Shown here: positions 9,307 to 17,409 of the stretch, in pieces | How the letters are laid out: each line of letters opens with the position of its first letter | Numbering within the stretch: the first letter of the stretch is position 1 | From: Gaiellaceae bacterium | Lineage (GTDB): Bacteria > Actinomycetota > Thermoleophilia > Gaiellales > Gaiellaceae | DNA length: 64,000 nucleotides | Reading direction: 5' to 3' | NCBI GenBank assembly: GCA_035688315.1 | Contig: DASSND010000066.1 | Coordinates: forward strand, 4,237-68,236 | Position numbers and translations under genes: made by a program | Notes under the pieces: model-generated | Seen by the model: only the letters and a program-made list of their open reading frames with translations | What the model was told of the DNA's origin: nothing | The model's database searches: none

Positions 9307-9944
9307 GCGAGGTCGATGCGGTTCTCGGCCATCCTGCGCAGCATGACGTCGCGCTCGGCTGCGATCAGCGAGTGCATCGTCTCGCGCATCGTCGCGCCCT
9401 CGAAGACCCAGATCTCCGGGTGCACGAGCAGCTGCAGCCACGGGAAGGCGCCCGCGCGCAGCTCCTCGTGCGGGCAGCCGCCGCGCCAGTGCTGGTTCGA
9501 GTCGGAGCGGTAGCAGGCCGGGTCGAACCAGGGCGGCGCCATCACGTTGACGGCCCCGTCCACCGGCTCGCTCATGTAGGCGGGCTCGGGCGTGTGCCAG
9601 GCGACGACCGGGTCGAAGCGGTCGTCGCGGGCGGCGTCGGGGTGGACGCCGTGGAGCCCGACCCGGTGGCCCAGCTGGCGCAGCCGCTCGAAGGCGCGCG
9701 GGCCGTCGCGCGAGTCGAGGTTGTAGAACTGGCTGCGCGTCATCAGGAAGTAGCTCGCGGCGACGCCGCGCTCCGCCTCCAGCTCCGCCATCGCGAGCGC
9801 CGCGTCGAGCGACATGTCGACGTCGTGCCGGAGGAACAGGTCGCCCTCGCGCGGCTCGCGGTCGAAGAACGCGAAGCGGTAGCCGCCCGCCTCGGCCGCG
9901 TCGAGCAGCTCGCGGTAGTGCGCGAGGTCGAACGCGCACGGCAT
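9303..9944 (-). CDS. Polysaccharide-deacetylase-like (CE4-fold-like) protein
   Basis: In-frame ATG (MPCAFDLAHYRELLDAAEAGGYRFAFFDREPREGDLFLRHDVDMSLDAALAMAELE...) overlaps the stop of the ATP-grasp gene (GTGATG). The L-R-H-D-V-D motif and the later HGV/HPE histidines resemble deacetylase-like proteins found in glycan loci. The family call is tentative. Confidence 0.55.
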   Translation of the reverse strand: MPCAFDLAHYRELLDAAEAGGYRFAFFDREPREGDLFLRHDVDMSLDAALAMAELEAERGVAASYFLMTRSQFYNLDSRDGPRAFERLRQLGHRVGLHGVHPDAARDDRFDPVVAWHTPEPAYMSEPVDGAVNVMAPPWFDPACYRSDSNQHWRGGCPHEELRAGAFPWLQLLVHPEIWVFEGATMRETMHSLIAAERDVMLRRMAENRIDLA

Positions 9945-11152
9945 CACTCGACCTCGACGCCGACGAGCGCGGCGGCCTCCTCGGAGCGGCGCAGCGCCTC
10001 CGGGCCGGTGTCGCCGACGGCGATCACGTAGCCGCGCCGGTCGCCGTCCCGCTGCACCGGCCGGATCGTCTCGCCGGGGACGATGTAGCTCGCAGCCTGC
10101 ACGACCCCGGGCGCGGCGAGGACGCGGTCGAGGGTCGCCTCGGAGACGACGCGGCCGACGGGGAGCGGGCCGGGCTGGGCGGTGAAGAAGCGGATCGCGG
10201 TCGGGCGGCGGAAGCGGGGGACGACCAGCTCGTCCGGGATCGGGTCGCCGACGGCGAAACGGAGCGCGACCTCGACGAGGTCGACGCCGACGGCGTGCAG
10301 GACGAGATCGGCCATCTGCCCGCCCGGGATGCGGGCGGCGACCTCGATCATCAGGATGCGCCCGTCGGGGTGGGCGATCAGCTGCGGGAAGCCGATCCCG
10401 TTGCGCAGGCCGAGCGAGAGGAGCGTCTGCTCGACCATCGTCTCGGCGCGCGCGGTGCCGTCCTCCCCGAGCGAGGCGGGGTAGGCGTGGATCCAGCCGA
10501 CGGCGAAGCCGGGGCCGGGCGGACGGTGCCGGTCGGAGAGCGTCAGGTGGGTGACGCGGCCGTCGCGGACGACCGACATCGCGTTCATCTCCATCCCCTC
10601 GACGAACTCCTCGAGGATCGTCTCGCCGCCGCGGGACAGCTCGAGCGACTGCGGGAACGCCTCGTCGAGCTGGCCGATCTCGTCGAGCCGGAAGACGCCG
10701 CGCTGGCCGCCCGAGTCGGCGGGCTTGATCACGAGCGGGAAGCCGACGCGCTCGGCGGCGGCGCGCGCCTCGGCGAGCGTGCGCGCGGAGCCGAAGCGGG
10801 GCTGGGGGACGCCGGCCGCCTCGAGGCGGCGCCGCATCTCGACCTTGTGGGTGAGGCCGACGGCGACGTCGACGCCGATCCCGGGGAGGCCGAGCGCCTC
10901 GGCGACCGCCGCGACGGCGACGACCGCGCGGTCGGAGGTGATCGTGAGCACGCCGTCCGGCCGCACCTTCTCCGCGAACTCGATCGCCTTCGGGATGTCG
11001 ACGAAGTCGACGACCTCGGCGACGTCGGCGTCGGGGAGCGCGAGCGCGTCGGGGTTGCCGTCGCACGCGGCGACGCGGAAGCCCAGCTCCTTCGCCTGCA
11101 GGATCGCGGCGCGCTGGTGCCGCCCGGCGCCGAGGAAGAGGACGGTCTTCAT
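9944..11152 (-). CDS. ATP-grasp carboxylate-amine ligase (PurK/PurT-like core)
   Basis: 402 aa. Sequence: MKTVLFLGAGRHQRAAILQAKELGFRVAACD..., HKVEMRRRLEAAGVPQPRF, GFPLVIKPADSGGQRGV (ATP-binding Lys loop), ILEEFVEG, MIEVAARIPGGQ (Mg/ATP site). Confidence 0.85.
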   Translation of the reverse strand: MKTVLFLGAGRHQRAAILQAKELGFRVAACDGNPDALALPDADVAEVVDFVDIPKAIEFAEKVRPDGVLTITSDRAVVAVAAVAEALGLPGIGVDVAVGLTHKVEMRRRLEAAGVPQPRFGSARTLAEARAAAERVGFPLVIKPADSGGQRGVFRLDEIGQLDEAFPQSLELSRGGETILEEFVEGMEMNAMSVVRDGRVTHLTLSDRHRPPGPGFAVGWIHAYPASLGEDGTARAETMVEQTLLSLGLRNGIGFPQLIAHPDGRILMIEVAARIPGGQMADLVLHAVGVDLVEVALRFAVGDPIPDELVVPRFRRPTAIRFFTAQPGPLPVGRVVSEATLDRVLAAPGVVQAASYIVPGETIRPVQRDGDRRGYVIAVGDTGPEALRRSEEAAALVGVEVE

Positions 11153-11949
11153 GCCGGGCCGATGCTAGCGGCGCCGCCCCATGGCCTTTCGATGGCCGCG
11201 GCGGTCAGGCGGATGCCGTCCTCGAGCGCGACCTCGGGGCGCCAGCCGAGCGAGCGGAGCCGGCCGGTGTCGAGGTCGTCGAGGACGGGCGCCGGGCCGG
11301 CCGGCGGATCCTCCACCCGCAGGAGCGAGGGGTCCGCCCCGACCGCGGCGACGCAGAGCAGGGCCACCTCCTCGAGCGAGCGCCGGTCGTCGGCGCGGCC
11401 GACGTCCCACGCGCCGCGCTCGCCGCGGCCGACGAGGAGCGCCACCGCCCGGGCCGCGTCCGCGACGAAGCAGAACGAGCGCGCCCAGCCGCGGTAGACC
11501 ACCACCGGCTCGCCGGCGCGCGCCTGTGCGAGCATCCCGGGGATCGCCCCGCGCCGCTGCCCCGGCCCGTACGGGAAGTGGAAGCGCAGGATCGTCGCGT
11601 CGCCCGCCGCCTCCTCGCTCGCGCGCTTCGACTCGGCATAGGGCGTGTCGTCCGCGTACACCGACGTCGTCGAGCCGTGGAAGAGCCGGATCTCGCGCGC
11701 CCGGCACGCCGCCGCGACGAGCTGCGCGATCGGCGCGTTCTCGGCGAGCCGCTCGTCGCCGGGCATCGTCGCCGCGAGATGGACGACCGCGTCCGGCGCG
11801 TGCGCCTCGACGAGCCGCTCCGCCACGCCCGCGACCGCGAGATCGCCGTCCGCCCGCCCGAGCGGCACCGCCTGGTGCCCGTCCGCCTCGAGCGCCGCGC
11901 ACACGTGCGCGCCGATGAACCCGCGCCCGCCCGTGACGAGGACGCGCAC
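11149..11949 (-). CDS. NAD-dependent epimerase/dehydratase (short extended-SDR)
   Basis: 266 aa. Contains MRVLVTGGRGFIGAHV (GxxGxxG) and the YxxxK motif in PYAESKRASEE. ATGA-type overlap with the downstream ATP-grasp gene. Confidence 0.8.
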   Translation of the reverse strand: MRVLVTGGRGFIGAHVCAALEADGHQAVPLGRADGDLAVAGVAERLVEAHAPDAVVHLAATMPGDERLAENAPIAQLVAAACRAREIRLFHGSTTSVYADDTPYAESKRASEEAAGDATILRFHFPYGPGQRRGAIPGMLAQARAGEPVVVYRGWARSFCFVADAARAVALLVGRGERGAWDVGRADDRRSLEEVALLCVAAVGADPSLLRVEDPPAGPAPVLDDLDTGRLRSLGWRPEVALEDGIRLTAAAIERPWGGAASIGPA

Positions 11950-11953
11950 CGGA

Positions 11954-12925
11954 CTAGGTCAGCGCCGGCTTGCGCGCGCGATACCAGGCGATCGTCCGGT
12001 CGAGCCCCTCGTCCAGCTCGACCTTCGCCTCGAAGCCCAGCAGCTCCCGCGCCTTCTCGACGTTCGGGATCCGCAGCTCGACGTCGACGTAGTCGAGCGG
12101 AGCGAAGCGGATCTCGCCCGGGCACCCGGTCAGCCGCTTCACGCGCTGCGCGAGGTCGAAGATCGTCACGGCCGAGCGCGGATTGCCGACGTTGAAGCTC
12201 TGCCCGATCGCACCGGGACGCTCGAGCGAGAGCAGCACCGCCTCGACCATGTCGTCGACGAAGCACCAGGCGCGGATCTGGGCGCCGTCGCCGCGCACGA
12301 CGAGGTCGTCGCCGGCGAGCGCCGCCTCGATGAACGCGCGGATCGCGCCGCCGCCGATCTGGCCCGGGCCGTAGACGTTGAACGGCCGCACCGTCACCGT
12401 GGGCACGCCCAGCTCGTCGTGGTAGGCGTGCGCCATGTGCTCGCCGGCGAGCTTCGAGACGGCGTACGTCCACCGCGCCTCGCCGACCGAGCCGATCGTC
12501 GTCACCTGGCCCTCGCGCACGTTGAACGCGTGCGTCCCGAAGACCTCGCTCGTCGAGAAGTCGACGAGCCGCTCGAGCGTGTGCTGCGTGGCGACCGCCG
12601 CCTCGAGGACGTTGTAGGTGCCGATCATGTTCACCCGCATCGTCCGCACCGGGCTCTCGAGCACGGTGTCGACGCCCGCGATCGCGGCACAGTGGACGAT
12701 GTGCGTCGCGCCGCGGGCCAGCTCGCGCACCGCGTCCGCGTCGAGGACGTCGACGTGGTGGAACGCGAAGTTGGGATGACCGCCGAGGTCGGTGCCGGAG
12801 AGCGCGTCGCGGTGGAGGTTGTCGACGGCGACGATCTCGTTGTCGTCGACGAGCGTGCGCGCCAGCGTCGTCGCGATGAAACCCGCGCCGCCGGTGACGA
12901 AGATGCGTTTCCCCTGCAGAGCCAC
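11954..12925 (-). CDS. NAD-dependent sugar epimerase/dehydratase (UDP-glucuronate decarboxylase/ArnA-C-like extended SDR)
   Basis: 323 aa. Contains KRIFVTGGAGFIATTL, STSEVFG, WTYAVSKLAGEH (YxxxK) and RPFNVYGPGQ. Confidence 0.85.
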   Translation of the reverse strand: MALQGKRIFVTGGAGFIATTLARTLVDDNEIVAVDNLHRDALSGTDLGGHPNFAFHHVDVLDADAVRELARGATHIVHCAAIAGVDTVLESPVRTMRVNMIGTYNVLEAAVATQHTLERLVDFSTSEVFGTHAFNVREGQVTTIGSVGEARWTYAVSKLAGEHMAHAYHDELGVPTVTVRPFNVYGPGQIGGGAIRAFIEAALAGDDLVVRGDGAQIRAWCFVDDMVEAVLLSLERPGAIGQSFNVGNPRSAVTIFDLAQRVKRLTGCPGEIRFAPLDYVDVELRIPNVEKARELLGFEAKVELDEGLDRTIAWYRARKPALT

Positions 12926-12948
12926 GGCGCCGAGTCTAGCTTTGGGCC

Positions 12949-13929
12949 GTGCACGGCGACCTCGACGCCTGGCTCGACGCCCTCTCCGGAAGCGACGAGG
13001 AGTTCGCGGCGCGCGCGTTTCGCCTGGCCGTCAGGCGTCCGCCCGAGCCGGAGGTGCTCGCGGACACGGCGGCCCGGCTCGGCCGCGGCGAGCTGTCGCG
13101 CGCCGGGCTGCTCCGCGACCTCGTCGGCAGCGACGAGTTCGCGGCGGTCGGGCTGCTCGACGACGCGGTCGCACGCGCCGCCGCCGAGCGCGCGGCGCCG
13201 CGGACGGTGCGCGGCCCGGCGCGGCCACGGTCCCTCGCGGCGCCTGCGTGGAGCGACGAGCGCGCGATCGAGATCCCCTGGTGCCTCGCGCGCCACGACG
13301 GGGAGAGCCGCGTGCTCGACGTCGGCTACGCGTTCGCCGAGCCGGCCTATCTCGCGGGGCTGCTCGCGCTCGGGGCGGGGGAGCTGACCGGCGTCGACCT
13401 CGCCGAGCGGGAGCTGCCCGGGCTGCGCTCCGTCGTCGCGGACGTGCGCGACCTGCCGTTCGGCGACGGCTCGTTCCAGCTCGCGACGTGCGTCTCGACC
13501 CTCGAGCACGTGGGCCGGGACAACGCGGTCTACGACGTCGACGCGCCGCGGGAGGAGCTGGGCGACGAGGCGGCCCTGCGCGAGCTGCGGCGCGTGCTCG
13601 AGCCCGACGGCCGCCTGCTCGTCAGCGTCCCGACCGGGGTCGCGGACGACCAGGGCTGGCAGGTGCAGCGCGAGCCGCTCGCCTGGGTCGAGCTGTTCGA
13701 GCGCGCCGGCTTCCTCGTCTTCGAGGACGAGCTGTACGTGCGCGGCGAGGAGGGCTGGCGCAGCGCGACGCTCGCCGAGGCGGAGGCGGCCCGCTACGGC
13801 GAGGGCGGCCCGGGAGCGGGCGCCGTCCTGCTCGCCGAGCTGCGGCCGCGGCGGCTCGCGGAGCGGATGCGGCTGGTGGCCCGCGACGCGCGCCACCGCG
13901 ACGCGCCCCGCCGGAGCACGGTCGCCTGA
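12949..13929 (+). CDS. Class I SAM-dependent methyltransferase with an N-terminal DUF4214-like domain
   Basis: 326 aa. The N-terminus DEEFAARAFRLAVRRPPEPEVLADTAARLGRGELSRAGLLRDLVGSDEF is a DUF4214-type repeat. It is followed by SRVLDVGYAF..., FQLATCVSTLEHV and LEPDGRLLVSVP (methyltransferase motifs). Confidence 0.75.
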   Translation: MHGDLDAWLDALSGSDEEFAARAFRLAVRRPPEPEVLADTAARLGRGELSRAGLLRDLVGSDEFAAVGLLDDAVARAAAERAAPRTVRGPARPRSLAAPAWSDERAIEIPWCLARHDGESRVLDVGYAFAEPAYLAGLLALGAGELTGVDLAERELPGLRSVVADVRDLPFGDGSFQLATCVSTLEHVGRDNAVYDVDAPREELGDEAALRELRRVLEPDGRLLVSVPTGVADDQGWQVQREPLAWVELFERAGFLVFEDELYVRGEEGWRSATLAEAEAARYGEGGPGAGAVLLAELRPRRLAERMRLVARDARHRDAPRRSTVA

Positions 13930-13930
13930 G

Positions 13931-15166
13931 CTACGCGGCGGCCGGGGAGGCGGGAGCCGGCGCGTCGCCGTTCCGCCGCACGATCGCCGCGAAGGCAAGC
14001 CCGCCGACGGTGAGCGCGGCCGCGATCGCGACGAACAGCTGCTGCACCGAGAGCCAGCGCAGCGCGTAGCCGCTCGCGAAGAACCCGAGCGGCGTGGCCA
14101 GCGACCCGACCGTCATCGCCGCCGTCAGCACCTTCGGCCGCAGCGCCGGCGGCGTCCGCACGGTGAGCACGCCGAAGATCGGCGCGTTCACGAGCGGCGC
14201 GAAGAACGCGCCGGCGGCGACGACGACGAGCGCGGCCCCCCACGGCATCGAGATCCCGAGCAGGAAGATCGGCAGCGGCAGGGCGACGATCGCGACCGAG
14301 ATCAGCCGCAGCAGCTCGACGCGGGCGGCGAGCTGCTGCGCCGCGAGCGCGCCGAGGAGCGCGCCGACCCCGAACGCGCCGAAGAGGAGGCCGGCGACGT
14401 GGGCGGAGCCGTAGGTGAAGTAGGCGAGGACGTCGAGGCCGACGATCACCCCCTGGGCGAACAGGTTGATCGCGCAGGCCGCGACGAGGAGCGGCCCGAG
14501 CAGCGGGTCGCGCCGCAGGAAGCGGAGCCCGGCGAGCACGCCCTGCGACTCCGCGGTCGGCTCGGTGCGAGCGCCGGCGCGCACGACGGTCGCGACCGTG
14601 AGGAACGAGAAGAGGTAGGTGGCGGCGTCGACGACGAGCGCGACGGGCGGGCTCGTGGCGGCGATCAGGACTCCGGCGAGGACGGGGCCGGCGATCTGCG
14701 TGCCCTGGGTCGCCGCCGCGAGGACCGCCGACACCTGCGCCACCGCCTGTTCGTCCTCGCCGGCGACCTCCGGGACGATCAGCCGCGAGGAGCCGTAGTA
14801 GGGCGTCGCGAAGCAGCCGACCGCGAACGTGGCCGCGAGCAGCGCCGGGAACGAGAGGTGCCCGGTCCAGTCGAGCACGGGCAGGACGAGCATCAGCGGG
14901 CCGCGCGCCGCGTCCGAGATGAGCATCGACCGCTTCGCGCCGAGCCGGGAGATCAGCGAGCCGGCCGGCACGCCGAGCAGCCCGATCGGGAGCAGCTCGG
15001 CGCCGAGCACCCAGCCCATCTTCGCCGTCGAGCCGGTGGTGGCGAGGACGAACCAGGGGAGCGCGACGAAGGTCATCGCCGAGCCGGTCAGCGAGACCAG
15101 CTCGGCCGCGATCAGGCCGGCGAGGGAGCGGTTGCGCCACATGGCCCCGCAAAATAAAACGTCCAT
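13931..15166 (-). CDS. MFS transporter (12-TMS, EntS/MFS_3-like)
   Basis: 411 aa. Contains WRNRSLAGLIAAELVSLTGSAMTFVALPWFVL and about 12 TM segments. The start could be the second Met (about 15142). Divergent from a TetR gene. Confidence 0.85.
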   Translation of the reverse strand: MDVLFCGAMWRNRSLAGLIAAELVSLTGSAMTFVALPWFVLATTGSTAKMGWVLGAELLPIGLLGVPAGSLISRLGAKRSMLISDAARGPLMLVLPVLDWTGHLSFPALLAATFAVGCFATPYYGSSRLIVPEVAGEDEQAVAQVSAVLAAATQGTQIAGPVLAGVLIAATSPPVALVVDAATYLFSFLTVATVVRAGARTEPTAESQGVLAGLRFLRRDPLLGPLLVAACAINLFAQGVIVGLDVLAYFTYGSAHVAGLLFGAFGVGALLGALAAQQLAARVELLRLISVAIVALPLPIFLLGISMPWGAALVVVAAGAFFAPLVNAPIFGVLTVRTPPALRPKVLTAAMTVGSLATPLGFFASGYALRWLSVQQLFVAIAAALTVGGLAFAAIVRRNGDAPAPASPAAA

Positions 15167-15172
15167 ACGGTT

Positions 15173-15751
15173 TTGTCAAGCGGTAGACTCCGCGCGATGC
15201 CGAAGGTGAGCCAGGAGCACCTCGACGCGCGCCGCGAGCAGATCCTCGAGGGCGCCCGGCGCTGCTTCGCCGCGCACGGCTACGCCGGCGCGACCGTCGC
15301 CCGGCTCGAGCAGGAGATCGGCCTCTCGCGCGGCGCGATCTTCAACTACTTCGAGGGCAAGCAGGCGCTCTTCGTCGCGGTCGCGATGCGCGTGAACGAC
15401 CGCTTCCAGCGGATCTTCGTCGAGCAGGGCCTCGAGGAGGCGATCCGCGGCATCGCGGCGGAGGACCCGGCGTGGCTGCGCGTCCTGATCGAGACGCAGA
15501 CACGGCTCCATCACGACCCCGAGTTCATCCGGCGCTTCGAGGCCGCCGCCGAGGAGGTGCCCCGCGTGAGCACCCGCATCGCCGAGCTGCAACAGGCGGG
15601 GGTGTTCCGCGACGACCTCCCGGCGACCGGGGTCGCGCACTTCCTCGGGATGGTCGTGAACGGCCTCGCCCTCCGCGTCGCGGGCGAGGAGGAGACCGAC
15701 GTCGACTCGACGCTCGCACTCCTGCGCGACGCGCTCACGCCGCGGCAGTAG
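15173..15751 (+). CDS. TetR/AcrR family transcriptional regulator
   Basis: The HTH region is REQILEGARRCFAAHGYAGATVARLEQEIGLSRGAIFNYFEGKQALF. The more likely start is the in-frame ATG at 15197 (MPKVSQEHL...). Divergent from the MFS gene. Confidence 0.85.
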   Translation: MSSGRLRAMPKVSQEHLDARREQILEGARRCFAAHGYAGATVARLEQEIGLSRGAIFNYFEGKQALFVAVAMRVNDRFQRIFVEQGLEEAIRGIAAEDPAWLRVLIETQTRLHHDPEFIRRFEAAAEEVPRVSTRIAELQQAGVFRDDLPATGVAHFLGMVVNGLALRVAGEEETDVDSTLALLRDALTPRQ

Positions 15752-15798
15752 CATCGCCGCGTGAACGACCCGCGCACGCAGCTCGTCGCGCAGCGGCC

Positions 15799-16815
15799 GT
15801 GACGACGATCCTCGTCAGCGCCGTCGGGGCGCCCGGGTCGGCGCGCCTGCTCCGCGCCCTGCGCGAGAACGGCGAGCGCGAGGTGCGGCTCGTCGGCGTC
15901 GACATGTCGGAGCGCTCCGTGGGGCGCCGCCTCTGCGACGCGTTCCACCTCGTCCCGGCGGGCGACGGGCCCGGGTACGCGGACGCGCTGCTCGAGCTGG
16001 TCGAGCGGGAGCGGGTCGACGTCGTCCTGCCGCAGTCGTCGTCCGGCCTCGAGCAGCTCGCGGAGCGCCGCGGCGAGTTTCCGGTGCCGGTGCTCGTCTC
16101 GCGGCCCGAGACCGTGCGCCGCTCGAACGACAAGGCCGAGTGCTACGAGCTGCTGCACCGGATCGGCGTGCCGGCGCCGGCCTTCCGGCGGGTCACGGGC
16201 GCGCCCGGGGTCGAGGCCGCCGCGCGCGAGCTGGGCTATCCGGAGCGGCCGGTCTGCTTCAAGCCGGTCTTCTCCTCCGGCTCGCGCGGCTTCCGGGTGC
16301 TCGACCCCGCGGTCGACCGCACGCACCAGCTCCTCCACGAGCGCCCGGGCGCGGTGGCGATGCGACTCGAGGAGGCGCTCGAGCTGCTGCCCGACGAGGG
16401 CCTCGACCTGCTCGTGATGGAGCTGGCGCAGGGGAGCGAGCGGACGATCGACGGCATCGGCGACGGGCAGGGCGTCGTCCTTTGCCACCCGAAGACGCGC
16501 GAGGGGATGCGGGCCGGGCTCGCGATGTGGTTCGAGACGCTCGCCGCGCCCGAGCTGGACGAGATCGCGGAGACGATCGTCTCCGAGCTGGAGATCGAAT
16601 GGTTCTTCAACATCCAGCTCGTGGGCGAGCAGGTGATCGAGGTGAACCCGCGGATCTCGACGATCGTCTACCAGGACGACCTGAACCTGCCCTGGCTCGC
16701 GGTCAAGCGGGCGCTAGGCGAGGCGTCCGACGACGAGCTGCGGGCGCTGCGGACGCGCGTCCGGCCGGGGCGGATCGCGCTTCGTTTCTTCGACCAGGTG
16801 GAATTCGACCCGTGA
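15799..16815 (+). CDS. ATP-grasp ligase (carbamoyl-phosphate-synthase-L/PylC-like core), third ATP-grasp of the locus
   Basis: In-frame GTG at 15799 within track ORF 15472..16815. Sequence: VTTILVSAVGAPGSARLLRALRENG..., SNDKAECYELLHRIGVPAPAF, PVCFKPVFSSGSRGF (Lys loop), LLVMELAQG, VIEVNPRIST (E-x-N Mg site). Confidence 0.8.
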   Translation: MTTILVSAVGAPGSARLLRALRENGEREVRLVGVDMSERSVGRRLCDAFHLVPAGDGPGYADALLELVERERVDVVLPQSSSGLEQLAERRGEFPVPVLVSRPETVRRSNDKAECYELLHRIGVPAPAFRRVTGAPGVEAAARELGYPERPVCFKPVFSSGSRGFRVLDPAVDRTHQLLHERPGAVAMRLEEALELLPDEGLDLLVMELAQGSERTIDGIGDGQGVVLCHPKTREGMRAGLAMWFETLAAPELDEIAETIVSELEIEWFFNIQLVGEQVIEVNPRISTIVYQDDLNLPWLAVKRALGEASDDELRALRTRVRPGRIALRFFDQVEFDP

Positions 16816-17108
16816 TGGAGTGGAGAGACCTGCAGGACACGCTGAACGCCGCGTGCGCGCGCCCGGAGGATCCCGAGGTGGCCGAGCGGGCGGTGCGAGC
16901 GGCCGAGCTGGTCGCGTCGACGGCAGGCGAGCCGCCCGACGAGCTGACCGACGCGGACCGCGAGTGGGCGGAGACCCACGGCGTCCCGCCGGACGAGCTG
17001 GTCGAGCTGGCCTGCCGCTCGATGAAGTGCGTCGCCGCGGTGTCGGAGGAGTGGCGCGAGCGCCTGAACGACCTCCGCTACCGGCTCGGCGACGTGGCCG
17101 CTGCGTGA
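16815..17108 (+). CDS. Small acidic cytoplasmic protein (97 aa), paralog of the next gene
   Basis: The ATG overlaps the ATP-grasp stop (GTGATGG). Sequence: MEWRDLQDTLNAACARPEDPEVAERAVRAAELVASTAGEPPDELTDADREWAETHGVPPDELVELACRSMKCVAAVSEEWRERLNDLRYRLGDVAAA. Composition is plausible, and it shares the AAE-x-VAS...P-[DE]-EL and W-R-x-R-L-x-[DE]-L-R-x-R-L blocks with the next ORF. Confidence 0.6.
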   Translation: MEWRDLQDTLNAACARPEDPEVAERAVRAAELVASTAGEPPDELTDADREWAETHGVPPDELVELACRSMKCVAAVSEEWRERLNDLRYRLGDVAAA

Positions 17109-17383
17109 GCGAGCAGCAGTTCGAGTCGGAGGAGCTGCTCCGCGAAGCCCTGGAGGAGGTCGCGGAGGCGGATCTCGGCGACTACGTCGAGGAGCCGTGG
17201 GGCTCCACGGCGCTCGCGGCGGCCGAGCAGGTCGCGAGCGAGGGCGCCTCGCCGGAGCTGGCCGTGCTCGCGGCGGCGGCGGTCGAGCGCGTCGCCGCCC
17301 GCTCCGAGCTGCTCGAGCGCGTCGTCGACGACGAGGACGCCTGGCGCGCCCGGCTCGACGAGCTGCGCCGCCGCCTCTCCTGA
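17105..17383 (+). CDS. Small acidic cytoplasmic protein (92 aa), paralog of the previous gene
   Basis: The GTG overlaps the previous stop (GTGA). Sequence: VSEQQFESEELLREALEEVAEADLGDYVEEPWGSTALAAAEQVASEGASPELAVLAAAAVERVAARSELLERVVDDEDAWRARLDELRRRLS. It is reminiscent of DUF4259-type small proteins (from memory, unverified). Confidence 0.55.
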   Translation: MSEQQFESEELLREALEEVAEADLGDYVEEPWGSTALAAAEQVASEGASPELAVLAAAAVERVAARSELLERVVDDEDAWRARLDELRRRLS

Positions 17384-17409
17384 CCTCCGCGCGGACTACG
17401 CTGGCGCCG

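Noticed and set aside
16815-17383. The small acidic ORFs as graspetide (microviridin-type) precursors or LysW-type amino-group carriers for the adjacent ATP-grasp.
   Set aside because: There is no repeated Thr/Ser/Lys-Asp/Glu core motif and almost no Lys/Thr, which argues against graspetides. There is no Cys4 zinc ribbon and no EDWGE-like C-terminus, which argues against LysW. A looser carrier/adaptor idea is kept as a low-confidence hypothesis only.
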